Positions 50,345 to 58,760 of a DNA stretch of 64,000 bases are shown one piece after another (the first letter of the stretch is position 1; each line of letters begins with the position of its first letter). This DNA comes from an uncultured Solirubrobacterales bacterium. Lineage in GTDB: Bacteria; Actinomycetota; Thermoleophilia; Solirubrobacterales; 70-9. Made by a program: the position numbers and the translations under genes. A model generated the notes under the pieces. That model ran no database searches, had not been told where the DNA came from, and saw nothing but the letters and a program-made list of their open reading frames with translations. The stretch is taken from positions 90,165 to 154,164 of the forward strand of contig CAVSGL010000005.1 of NCBI GenBank assembly GCA_963727465.1, in the 5' to 3' direction.

Positions 50345-50389
50345 CGCGGTCGAGGTTTTCGTCGGTATGCGGTGAAAACCTCGACCGCG
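50345..50389. repeat. REP-like palindromic element (family copy C), perfect 16-bp arms
   Basis: CGCGGTCGAGGTTTTC-GTCGGTATGCGGT-GAAAACCTCGACCGCG, between convergent genes. Confidence 0.8.
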
Positions 50390-50398
50390 GTGGGCGGC

Positions 50399-51215
50399 TC
50401 AGGCGATCGCGATCGATGAGGCGATTGCGAAGAAGGCGATCGCGGCCATCGTCAACAACTCCATCAGCAGGTTGCGGGGGCCGAGCATGCCGCGCTCGCC
50501 GGCGACGATGACGAGCGCGCAGAGCACGCCGGCGACGAGTCCCCCGAGGTGACCGCCGATGCTGATTTCCGGGCGGCCGAAGGTGATCGCCAGGTTGAGC
50601 AGCAGGATGATGCCGATCGAGGAGGCAAGCGCGTCGACGCCGCGGCTGCGGGCGATGACGAAGGTCGCGCCGAAGATGCCGAAGACCGCCCCCGAGGCGC
50701 CGATCGTCAGCGTGTCGGGACTGAGCAGGATCGCGCCGAAGGAGCCGGCGAAGAGCGAGGCGAAGTAGAGGGCGACGAAGCGCGGCGTGCCGATCGCCGG
50801 CTCCAGCAGCCGCCCGAGCCAGAAGAGGGCGAACATGTTGAAGCCGATGTGGACGATGCTGGCGTGGAGGAAGCCGCTGGTCAGCAGCCGGTACCACTCG
50901 CCGTTGGCGACCGAGGGGCCGAAGAGGCCGAAGTCGAAGATCACCGAGCTGCCGGTCGGCGTCAGCCCGCCACCCCCGGCCGCGACCTCGGCCAGGTAGG
51001 CGAGCGCGTTGAGGGCGATCAGCGCGTAGGTAGCGGGGGCATCGGCGCGACCTGGGTCCGGCCGCCCCACGCGTCACCCGCGTGCGCTCGCGGGCGCACT
51101 CCGGGCAGCGCATGCCGACCGGGGTCGGGGTCATGCAGTCGGGGCAGATCGGCCGCCCGCAGTTCGAGCAGGAGACGCCGGTCTCCCGGTTGGGGTGTCT
51201 GTAGCAAGTCGCCAT
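50399..51215 (-). CDS. rhomboid family intramembrane serine protease with N-terminal zinc ribbon; frame change near 51050-51075
   Basis: MATCYRHPNRETGVSCSNCGRPICPDC...CPEC is in one frame. The rhomboid core (FLHASIVHIGFNM, GASGAVFG, GGHLGG) is in the 50399..51070 frame. Confidence 0.75.
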
Positions 51216-51244
51216 CGCGGGGGCGGAGCCTACAATCGCCGCCG

Positions 51245-51518
51245 ATGGAGCCCCCGAGCCCGGCAAGGCTGTTCGCGACGGCGGTCGGCGCGGGGCTCTT
51301 CGCCTATGGCCTCGTCGGCTTCTTCTTCGACGCCTCCTTCGCCCGCCCTGACGACCTGCGCGACGCGCTCGGCCTGCTCTCGGTCAACGGCTGGGCCAAC
51401 AGCTTCCACCTGCTCACCGGCGCGCTCGGCCTGCTGCTCGCCGGCTTCGCCTCGCGCCGCTACGCGATCTGCGCTGACCGCGACCTACGCCGCCGTCGCC
51501 ATCTTCGGCTCGCTCTAG
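51245..51518 (+). CDS. small membrane protein, DUF4383-like; frame change near 51455-51470
   Basis: FAYGLVGFFFD...SVNGWANSFHLLTGALGLL. The plausible C-terminus TYAAVAIFGSL is in another frame. Confidence 0.45.
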
Positions 51519-51527
51519 CGCGAAAGT

Positions 51528-51563
51528 GAAGGGTTGTGGCCCCTGGAGGGGCCACAACCCTTC
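51528..51563. terminator. 16-bp perfect hairpin between convergent genes
   Basis: GAAGGGTTGTGGCCCC-TGGA-GGGGCCACAACCCTTC. Confidence 0.5.
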
Positions 51564-51573
51564 ATCTGGGCAT

Positions 51574-51921
51574 TCAGGGGCGGACGCGGTCGGCGGCGGC
51601 GCGGAGGCGGCCCTTCGTTTGCTGGCGGCCGCGGCGGCGCAGCTCGAGCAGGACGAGGGCGCCGGTGGCGGCGCCGCCGACTCCGGCGGCGATGACGGGG
51701 CGGACCCAGTTGCGCGGGTCGCGCAGCGCCCGCAGCTCGCTCTCCGAGAGCTCCTCGGCCCAGTCGGAGAGCTCCTCGGCGGCGGCCTGCGTCAGCGCCG
51801 AGAGCGTGTCCTCGAAGCGGCCCGAGAGCCGCTCCGGCGGCTCGATCGGCCGCAGCGCGTCGCCCAGCAGCCGCTCCACGTCCCAGGTGCTGCCCGACAG
51901 GTTCTCGCTCGTCTCACTCAT
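51574..51921 (-). CDS. putative anti-sigma factor (single C-terminal TM helix)
   Basis: Overlaps the ECF sigma stop by 8 nt. Acidic N-terminus followed by VIAAGVGGAATGALVLL. Confidence 0.5.
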   Translation of the reverse strand: MSETSENLSGSTWDVERLLGDALRPIEPPERLSGRFEDTLSALTQAAAEELSDWAEELSESELRALRDPRNWVRPVIAAGVGGAATGALVLLELRRRGRQQTKGRLRAAADRVRP

Positions 51922-52474
51922 CGCTCATCTCCCCCTCCAGCTGCTTGATCGCGCGGTGGATCAGCACCTTCGTGGCGCCGTCGCTGCGCCCCAGGGCGCG
52001 CGCGATCTCGCGGTTGTCCATGCCCAGCGCGAAGCGCATGATCAGCGCGTCGCGCCGGTCGTCCGGCAGGTTGTCCAGCTTGTCGATCACCTGGCGCAGC
52101 TCCTCCCGGCCCTCGGCAATGGCCTCGGTGCCGTGCCGGGCCGGGATCGGGTCGGCGTGTTCCAGCGGCGTCTGCGGGCGGCGCGAGCGGTCGCGGTAGT
52201 AGTTGAGCGCCAGGTTGTGGGCGATGCGGATCAGCCAGGGCCGCAGCGGCCGGCCGTCGGACTCGCGCCGCGCCCGGTCGAAGTGGCGGTAGGCCTGTAG
52301 GAAGGCCTGCTCGGTCAGGTCCTCGGCGTCGTGCTGGTTGCCGACCCGGTAGTAGGCGTAGGAGTAGACGTCCTTGAGGTGATCGCGGTAGAGCTGCTCG
52401 AAGGCGCGGTCGAGCTCCGCCTTGGCGGCGGGGTCGAGCCCGCCCGGCTCGACGCTCTTCTCGCTGCCGCTCAC
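51914..52474 (-). CDS. ECF-type sigma-70 family factor
   Basis: Region 2 DAEDLTEQAFLQAY...WLIRIAHN. Region 4 NREIARALGRSDGATKVLIHRAIKQL. Confidence 0.85.
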   Translation of the reverse strand: MSGSEKSVEPGGLDPAAKAELDRAFEQLYRDHLKDVYSYAYYRVGNQHDAEDLTEQAFLQAYRHFDRARRESDGRPLRPWLIRIAHNLALNYYRDRSRRPQTPLEHADPIPARHGTEAIAEGREELRQVIDKLDNLPDDRRDALIMRFALGMDNREIARALGRSDGATKVLIHRAIKQLEGEMSDE

Positions 52475-52497
52475 CGGCGAAGCCTAAACCCTCCATC

Positions 52498-54165
52498 TCA
52501 GGCGGCCGCCTTCTTCGCGCGCTCGACCAAGCGCAGGGACGAGACCCAGCCCTCGGCGTCGATCTCGCCGTGGATCAGCGCCGCCAGCCCCTCCAGCGCC
52601 TCCGCCGGGCTGCCCGAGGCTGCGATCGCCCGGGCCAGCAGCGGCACCGCGTCGAGACCCTCGGAGGCCTGCCCGATCAGCGCCGGGATCTCCGCCGCCG
52701 GCGTGCCCTCGCCGAGCAGCTCGCCGGCACGGCGGTTGCGGCTCGAGGGGGCGAGCACGGTCGCGGTCAGGTCGCCGACGCCGGCCAGGCCCGAGAAGGT
52801 CTCCGGCTCGGCGCCGCGGGCGCGGGCGTAGGCGATGCACTCGCGCCAGACCTCGGCCGCGGCGATGCCGGCGGCGTTGAGGCCGAAGGGCTCGGTCGCG
52901 GCGGCGGCGAGGGCGGCGGCGTTCTTCGCCGCGCCCGCCATCTCGACCCCGACCACGTCGCGGCTGCGCTCGCAGACCAGGCCGGCGCGGTCGAAGACCT
53001 CGCCGAGCTGGTCGCGCAGATCGGCGTCGGCGGAGCCGAGCACGAGCGCGGCCGATCCCGAGACCGCCTCGCGGGCGTGCGCCGGCCCGCCGAGGCTGGC
53101 GACGGCGCGGGCGCGGATCCGTTCGCCGACGTACTCGGCGGGAAGCTGTCCCTGCGGCGCGACCAGACCCTTGGTCAGCAGCAGGACCGATGAGCGGTCG
53201 CTGACCCGGTCGGCGATCGCCCCGACCGCCTGCGGCAGCGAGCCGGAGGGGATCGCGAGGCAGACGAGGTCGAGTCCGGCGAGCTCGATCTCCGAGGCGG
53301 GGCGAACGAGCAGCGACCCGGGCAGCTCGACCCCCTCCAGGTAGCGGCGGTTCTCCCCCGCCTCGCTCATCTGCGCCGCCTGCCCGGCCGTGCGCGTGCC
53401 GAGCTGCACCTCGAGCCCGCCGCGGGCGAGCAGCACCGCGACCGCGGTCCCCCAGCTGCCGGCGCCGATCACCGCGGCGCGGCGCATCGGCGGCAGGCCG
53501 CCCATCTCTTCCCACTGGAGCAGCACGTTGGGCCAGATCCGCGCGGTCACCGATTCGGCCAGCGGCGCCGTCGGCTGCTCGACCCGCGGGAAGGTCATCG
53601 CCCGGCCGAGGCGCACCCGCACCTGGCGCGGGCGGATGCGCCAGCCGCGCCGCACGTGCTCGGAGCCGTAGACCGCGGTCGGCAGCACCGGAGCGCCGGT
53701 CTGTAGGGCGAGGCGGCCGACACCGCGCCTCGGCGCGGCGAGGGTGCCGCGGCGAATCCGCGTGCCCTCGGGGAAGATGCAGACCGTGCCGCCGCGCTCG
53801 ACCGCGAGGCGGGCGGTCTCCACCGCCAGCTCGTCGGCCTCGCCACGGCGGATCGGGAAGGCGCCGAGCCGCGAGAGCAGCCAGCCCTGCCAGCGCCGCT
53901 CGAACAGCTCGACCTTGGCGACGTAGTTCATCGGCCTCCGCCACGGCAGCGCGGCGCCGATCGCGAACGGGTCGAGGAAGCTGCGGTGGTTGGCGGCGAC
54001 GATCAGACCGCCCCCGACGCGGCCGTGCTCGCGGCCGGTGCGGCCGAGCCGGAAGTAGACGAGGAAGAACGGCGTCATGAAGATCCTGGCGAGCAGGTAG
54101 AGCGGCCAGTTGACGCTGTGGCGGCGGGTGTAGTCGTGGTAGGCCTGAAGGCGTGACTCGGTCAC
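52498..54165 (-). CDS. single ORF encoding 1-acyl-sn-glycerol-3-phosphate acyltransferase (PlsC-like) fused to NAD(P)H glycerol-3-phosphate dehydrogenase (GpsA)
   Basis: NHRSFLDP (HX4D) and FPEGTR in the N-terminal 230 aa or so, then MRRAAVIGAGSWGTAVA and GpsA blocks (NVAAL-like AAKNAAALAA). No stop between the two halves. Confidence 0.85.
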   Translation of the reverse strand: MTESRLQAYHDYTRRHSVNWPLYLLARIFMTPFFLVYFRLGRTGREHGRVGGGLIVAANHRSFLDPFAIGAALPWRRPMNYVAKVELFERRWQGWLLSRLGAFPIRRGEADELAVETARLAVERGGTVCIFPEGTRIRRGTLAAPRRGVGRLALQTGAPVLPTAVYGSEHVRRGWRIRPRQVRVRLGRAMTFPRVEQPTAPLAESVTARIWPNVLLQWEEMGGLPPMRRAAVIGAGSWGTAVAVLLARGGLEVQLGTRTAGQAAQMSEAGENRRYLEGVELPGSLLVRPASEIELAGLDLVCLAIPSGSLPQAVGAIADRVSDRSSVLLLTKGLVAPQGQLPAEYVGERIRARAVASLGGPAHAREAVSGSAALVLGSADADLRDQLGEVFDRAGLVCERSRDVVGVEMAGAAKNAAALAAAATEPFGLNAAGIAAAEVWRECIAYARARGAEPETFSGLAGVGDLTATVLAPSSRNRRAGELLGEGTPAAEIPALIGQASEGLDAVPLLARAIAASGSPAEALEGLAALIHGEIDAEGWVSSLRLVERAKKAAA

Positions 54166-54226
54166 GCCTTGCGCTACACGGGCAAGGGACCTTGGTTACC
54201 GGCGGGCGGGTCCCGTCGGGGCGGAG

Positions 54227-55228
54227 CTACCAGGACGCCTCGACCAGCTGCGCGAGGTCGTCGCGAGTGGGCGGTTCAGGCGTGAACGCCAGCTCGGGGC
54301 GCAACAGCATTGAGTCCAGAGCTTGGTCGAGCTTCGATTTGTCGGCGCCGAGATCGCCGAGTCCAGTTGGTTCGCCGAGCTCGAGGATGCGGGCTTCGAC
54401 GTTCGTCGGGTCGGCGCCAAGCGCCTCGGCGAGGGACGCGAGCTGGTCGGGGGCGCGGGGAACCAGGAAGGCCATCGCCCGGGGCAGGATCGCGGCGTTG
54501 GTCTCGGCATGGGGAGTGCCGCAGATGCGGACGAGGGTCTGGCAGATCACGTGGTGCACGCCGAAGGCGGCGGAGTCGATCGCGTAGGCGCAGAGCAGCG
54601 CGCCCTGGGCGAGCGCCGCCCGGTTGCGCTGCTCGCGCGGCTGGTCGAGCGCCGCCGCGATCAGCTCGGCGCCGCGCAGCGCCGTCATCTGCGAGACCGG
54701 GTTGGCGAACGGCGTGTAGAGGGAGTCGGCGCCGTGCGCGAGGCTGTTCATCGCGCTTGCCCGCAGCGCCCGCTCGGGCTGGCTCGTCATCGCCTCGGGG
54801 TCGGCGAGCGCCAGCTCGGGGCGGACCAGCGACCGGGCACGCTGCTCGGCGCCGGCCGGGAGCCGGTGGAACCCGGTCAGCTCAGCCCCGGAGAGGGTCG
54901 TCGGCAGCGCCGCGACGCGGGCGCCGCTGACCGCCGCCACCGCCTTGGCCGTGTCGATCGCCCGGCCGCCGCCGAGCGCGACGAGCTGCGGCGCGCGGGC
55001 GCGCTCGAGCAGCGTCGCCGCGGCGTCGGGCACCTGACCGGCCGGCACCGCGTGCACGGCCCGCGCCGCCGCCTCCAGCTCGGGCGCGCCCGGCAGGGCG
55101 CGCGGCGTCGTCAGCAGCTCGAACTCGTCGAAGCCGTGCTCGCGCAGGAGCTGCGGGGCCTGGGCGACGCCGTCGCGGCGCAGCACGACGACCCGCCCGG
55201 CGTCCCTCCAGACGAAGTCGCCGTTCAC
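54227..55228 (-). CDS. iron-containing alcohol dehydrogenase / maleylacetate reductase family protein
   Basis: GGGRAIDTAKAVA and His-rich metal-site blocks (HHVICQTL...H). Overlaps the upstream dioxygenase gene by 4 nt. Confidence 0.7.
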   Translation of the reverse strand: MNGDFVWRDAGRVVVLRRDGVAQAPQLLREHGFDEFELLTTPRALPGAPELEAAARAVHAVPAGQVPDAAATLLERARAPQLVALGGGRAIDTAKAVAAVSGARVAALPTTLSGAELTGFHRLPAGAEQRARSLVRPELALADPEAMTSQPERALRASAMNSLAHGADSLYTPFANPVSQMTALRGAELIAAALDQPREQRNRAALAQGALLCAYAIDSAAFGVHHVICQTLVRICGTPHAETNAAILPRAMAFLVPRAPDQLASLAEALGADPTNVEARILELGEPTGLGDLGADKSKLDQALDSMLLRPELAFTPEPPTRDDLAQLVEASW

Positions 55229-56163
55229 CCGGCGCGGTCGGCGGTCCGCGGGTTGAGGACCGGGCGCAGGTTCGGTTCGACCTCGGCCCGCAGGTGCTCG
55301 TAGTCGGGGGGGAGCGAGAGCTTCTCGCCGAGGTGCTCGAGCGGCTCGTCGACGGTGAAGCCCGGGCCCAGGGTGGCGATCTCGAAGAGCACGCCGCTCG
55401 GCTCGCGGAAGTAGATCGAGCGGAAGTAGAAGCGGTCGATCACCGGCGTCGGCTGCGCGCCGCCCTCGATCGCCTTCTCGCGCCAGGCCTCGTGCTCGTC
55501 GAGCGAGGAGGCCCAGGCGACGTGGTGGACGCTTCCGGCGCCCTGAAGCGGGCGCTCGGCGGGGGGATCGTCGTAGACGTAGAGGCCGCCGCGCTGCTCG
55601 CCGCGAGCCTCCCAGCCATCCTCGGTCCGCTCGAACCCGAGCGTCTCCAGCAGGCGCGCGCTGGCCGCGGATGAGCCTCCGTAGGCGCGCACGGCGTGGA
55701 ACCCCCGTAGGGCCAGCTCGGCCGGCACCTCGGGGTGGTCGGCGATCAGCGGCGGGTCCGGAGCGGTGGCGACGAGCAGCTCGTGGTCGAGCCCCTCGGG
55801 GTCGGAGAAGCGCAGGCTCTCCCCGCTTCGGTCGCTCTCGGTGTCGTGCGCCGCGAGGCGCTCGGCCCAGAAATCGAGCGAGTCGGCCGAGCCGACGCGC
55901 CAGACGACCCGGTGGACGTCGCCGCTACCGGCCCGCCCAGGGGGCACGCCGGGGAACTCGAAGAAGGTCAGGTCGGAGCCGGCGTCGCCCCGCTCGTCGG
56001 CGAAGAAGAGGTGGTAGACGCTGGGGTTGTCCTGGTTGACCGTTTTCTTGACCAGGCGCAGGCCCAGCACCCCGGCGTAGAAGTCGACGTTCTTCTGGGC
56101 GTCGGCGGTGATCGCGGTGATGTGGTGGATTCCCTCCAGCTTCACCGCAGTCACGTATACCAT
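55225..56163 (-). CDS. VOC-family ring-cleaving (MhqO/MhqA-like hydroquinone-type) dioxygenase
   Basis: GIHHITAI...NVDFYAGVLGLRLVKKTVNQDNPSVYHLFFAD...LTFFEFP is strongly MhqA/MhqO-like by eye. Confidence 0.8.
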   Translation of the reverse strand: MVYVTAVKLEGIHHITAITADAQKNVDFYAGVLGLRLVKKTVNQDNPSVYHLFFADERGDAGSDLTFFEFPGVPPGRAGSGDVHRVVWRVGSADSLDFWAERLAAHDTESDRSGESLRFSDPEGLDHELLVATAPDPPLIADHPEVPAELALRGFHAVRAYGGSSAASARLLETLGFERTEDGWEARGEQRGGLYVYDDPPAERPLQGAGSVHHVAWASSLDEHEAWREKAIEGGAQPTPVIDRFYFRSIYFREPSGVLFEIATLGPGFTVDEPLEHLGEKLSLPPDYEHLRAEVEPNLRPVLNPRTADRAG

Positions 56164-56171
56164 CCCTGGCG

Positions 56172-57561
56172 ATGAGCCGCGCCCGGCGACGCACGGTCAA
56201 AGCCCTCGTTGTGCTCGGCTCGATCCTGGCCTTCCTCAGCGTGTTCGCGATCTGGACCGAGCGGCAGGCGCTCAACACGAACGACTGGGTCGAACACGAG
56301 CGGGCGCCTGATCCAGAACGAAAAGATCCGCGCGGCCGTGGGCGAATACCTGGTCGACCAGCTCTACGCCAACGTCAACGTCGAAAAGGAACTGGAAGGC
56401 ATCCTGCCCGGCGAAACCAAGGAGCTCGCCGGGCCGGTGTCCGGGGGCCTGCGACAGGTCGCCGGCAGCGGCGCCGAACAGGTGCTGAAGACCTCGACCG
56501 CGCAGGACCTCTGGAAGGACGCCAATCGGGCGGCGCACGAACAGCTTCTCGCGGTGCTGGAAAACAAGAAAGAGGCGGTCTCGACGGCGAACGGCGAAGT
56601 CACGCTCAACCTCGGCGGCCTCGTGACCAACCTCGCCGACCAGGTCGGCATCGGCGCCCAGCTCGCCGAAAAACTGCCGCCCGATGCGGGCCAGGTGACG
56701 ATCCTGCGCTCCGACCAGCTGAAGACCGCGCAGGACGTCGTCGTCGGGATCAAGGGCCTGGCGCTGCTGCTCTCGCTGCTGACCCTGCTCTGCCTCGGGC
56801 TGGCGATCTACCTCTCGCGCGAGGGGCGCTGGGTGACGGTGCTCTTCTGCGGCGTCGGGCTCGTCGCCGCCGGCTTCGCCGTGATCGTCTTCCGCTCGGT
56901 CGCCGGCGGCATCATCGTCGACCAGCTCGTCAGCGAAGAAAGCGTCAAGCCGGCGGCCGAAGCCGCCTGGTCGATCTCGACCTCGCTGATGGTCAGCATC
57001 GCGACCACGGTGATCGTCTTCGGCGTGCTCGCCGGCGTCGCCGGCTGGCTCGGATCGCCGACCGGGTCGGCGCGCGCATCGCGGCGCTTCACCGCCCCCT
57101 TCCTGCGCGACTACGTCGCCTACGTCTACACCGGGCTGGTCATCCTCGTCTGCATCTACTTCCTCTCCTCCTCGACGCAGAACCTGCGCTCGTTCCTGAC
57201 CACGCTGATCGTCGGCGGCGCGATCGCCCTCGGCATCCACGAGATGCGACGGCAGACCGAAGAGGAATTCCCCGAAGCGCAGATCGGCGACTACTTCGGC
57301 GGCGCCAGGGACCGCCTGGTCGGCGCCGTCAAGAGCGCCAACCTCAGCGAGCGCGCCTCGAAACTGCGCCTGCCCGAGGTGCGGCGGCCGGGCGACGAGG
57401 GGCCGCCTGCCGCTCCAAGCGCAGCGCCTGCCGAGGATGAGGACGCCCGCCTGCGCCGCCTCGGCCAGCTCGCCGAGCTGCGCGACAAGGGCGTCCTCAG
57501 CGACGAGGAGTTCGCCGCCGAGAAGGCCCGCGTGCTGGGCAACGACGGCCCCTCCGAATAA
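56172..57561 (+). CDS. multi-pass membrane protein with C-terminal SHOCT domain; frame change near 56285-56300
   Basis: N-terminal TM (ALVVLGSILAFLSVFAIW) is in the 56172 frame and the rest is in the 56209 frame. C-terminal LGQLAELRDKGVLSDEEFAAEKARVLG matches SHOCT. Confidence 0.65.
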
Positions 57562-57562
57562 G

Positions 57563-57636
57563 AGCCCGCCCCCGGACTTGAACCGGGACTCTCCGCTTTA
57601 CAAGAGCGGTGCTCTGCCAAATTGAGCTAGGCGGGC
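57563..57636 (-). tRNA. tRNA-Thr (anticodon TGT)
   Basis: Hand-folded cloverleaf: GCCCGCC-TA-GCTC-AATTTGGCA-GAGC-A-CCGCT-CTTGTAA-AGCGG-AGAGT-CCCGG-TTCAAGT-CCGGG-GGCGGGC-T. CCA is not encoded. Confidence 0.9.
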
Positions 57637-57646
57637 GTGCAGATGA

Positions 57647-58702
57647 ATGATTTCAGGTCGCCTGCCGAATATAGAGGGGGTGAATGATGGCGTGGGCGAG
57701 GACGCGGTCGCTTTCCGGTACCTGAAGCCCAGCGAGGGAGGGCGGCTGAGCGAGGCGATTCGGGTTGCCTACGGCGAGAGCTACGACGTGCGCTGGGTCT
57801 ACGACGAGACCGAGGTCGAGGCGCGGCTGGCGGCTGGCACGTACGTCTCCTTCATCGCCGAGTCGGCGCAGGGAGAGCTGCTCTGCCACGAGGGGATGAG
57901 CCTCGCCGCGGCCGATGACCTGGTCGGGCACTCGGGGCAGGCGGTGACGATGCCGGTGGCGCGCGGGCAGCACCTCTTCACTCGCACCAAGCGGCACCTG
58001 ATGGACTGGGCCGCCGAGCGTGGCATGGCGGGCATGTTCAGCGAGGCCACCGCCGCCCACCCATACAGCCAGCGCGCCAACCTCGAGCTCGGCGCCCACG
58101 AGACCGGCTTCCTGCTCGGCTGGATCCCCGCCTCGGTCGACAACGACGCCGCCGACCGCCGCCGGGGGCGCCAGTCGGTCGCCCTCTTCTACGCCAGGCT
58201 GGGCGACGGCCACAAGCGCGAGGTCTACGCGCCGGAGCGTCACCGCGAAATCGTCGCGCGGACGCTGGAGGTCTGCGAGCTGAACGGCGCCCTGGCCGAG
58301 CCACCGGCGACGGTGGACCTGCCCGACCGCAGCGGCCTGCACGTCGAGGTGGTCAAGGACCACAACCTCGCGGTGATCACCGCGCACGCCCCGGGGGCCG
58401 ACCTCGAAGAAGCCGTGCAAGCCGAGCGCCACCACCTCTTCCACCGGCAGCACCTCGACGTCGTCTACCTCGACCTGCCGCTCGAGAACCCGGCGACCGC
58501 GATCCTCGCCGACCACCTGGAGCGCCTCGGCGTCTCCTACGCCGGCGTCTTCCCCAACCCCCACACCACCGGCGACGTCCTCCGCATGCAGTCGCTGCAC
58601 CGGGCGAGGATCACCGCCGACGACCTCTCCGTCGCCTCGAATCATGGTCGAGAATTGCTCGACTACGTGCTCGCGGACATCGACCCGGTCGAACGCCCAT
58701 GA
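57647..58702 (+). CDS. GNAT-like N-acetyltransferase family protein (two-lobed, about 340 aa); true start perhaps GTG 57692
   Basis: FRYLKPSE...AYGESY N-terminus. Motif-A-like VARGQHLFTRTKRHLMDWAAERGM. ATG 57647 is only 10 nt from the tRNA 5' end. AT-richer region. Confidence 0.55.
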   Translation: MISGRLPNIEGVNDGVGEDAVAFRYLKPSEGGRLSEAIRVAYGESYDVRWVYDETEVEARLAAGTYVSFIAESAQGELLCHEGMSLAAADDLVGHSGQAVTMPVARGQHLFTRTKRHLMDWAAERGMAGMFSEATAAHPYSQRANLELGAHETGFLLGWIPASVDNDAADRRRGRQSVALFYARLGDGHKREVYAPERHREIVARTLEVCELNGALAEPPATVDLPDRSGLHVEVVKDHNLAVITAHAPGADLEEAVQAERHHLFHRQHLDVVYLDLPLENPATAILADHLERLGVSYAGVFPNPHTTGDVLRMQSLHRARITADDLSVASNHGRELLDYVLADIDPVERP

Positions 58703-58760
58703 CGATCAGCTCATGGCCCGAGACGTACCGCGAGCGAACCCAGCGTTAAGCTGACCACCG

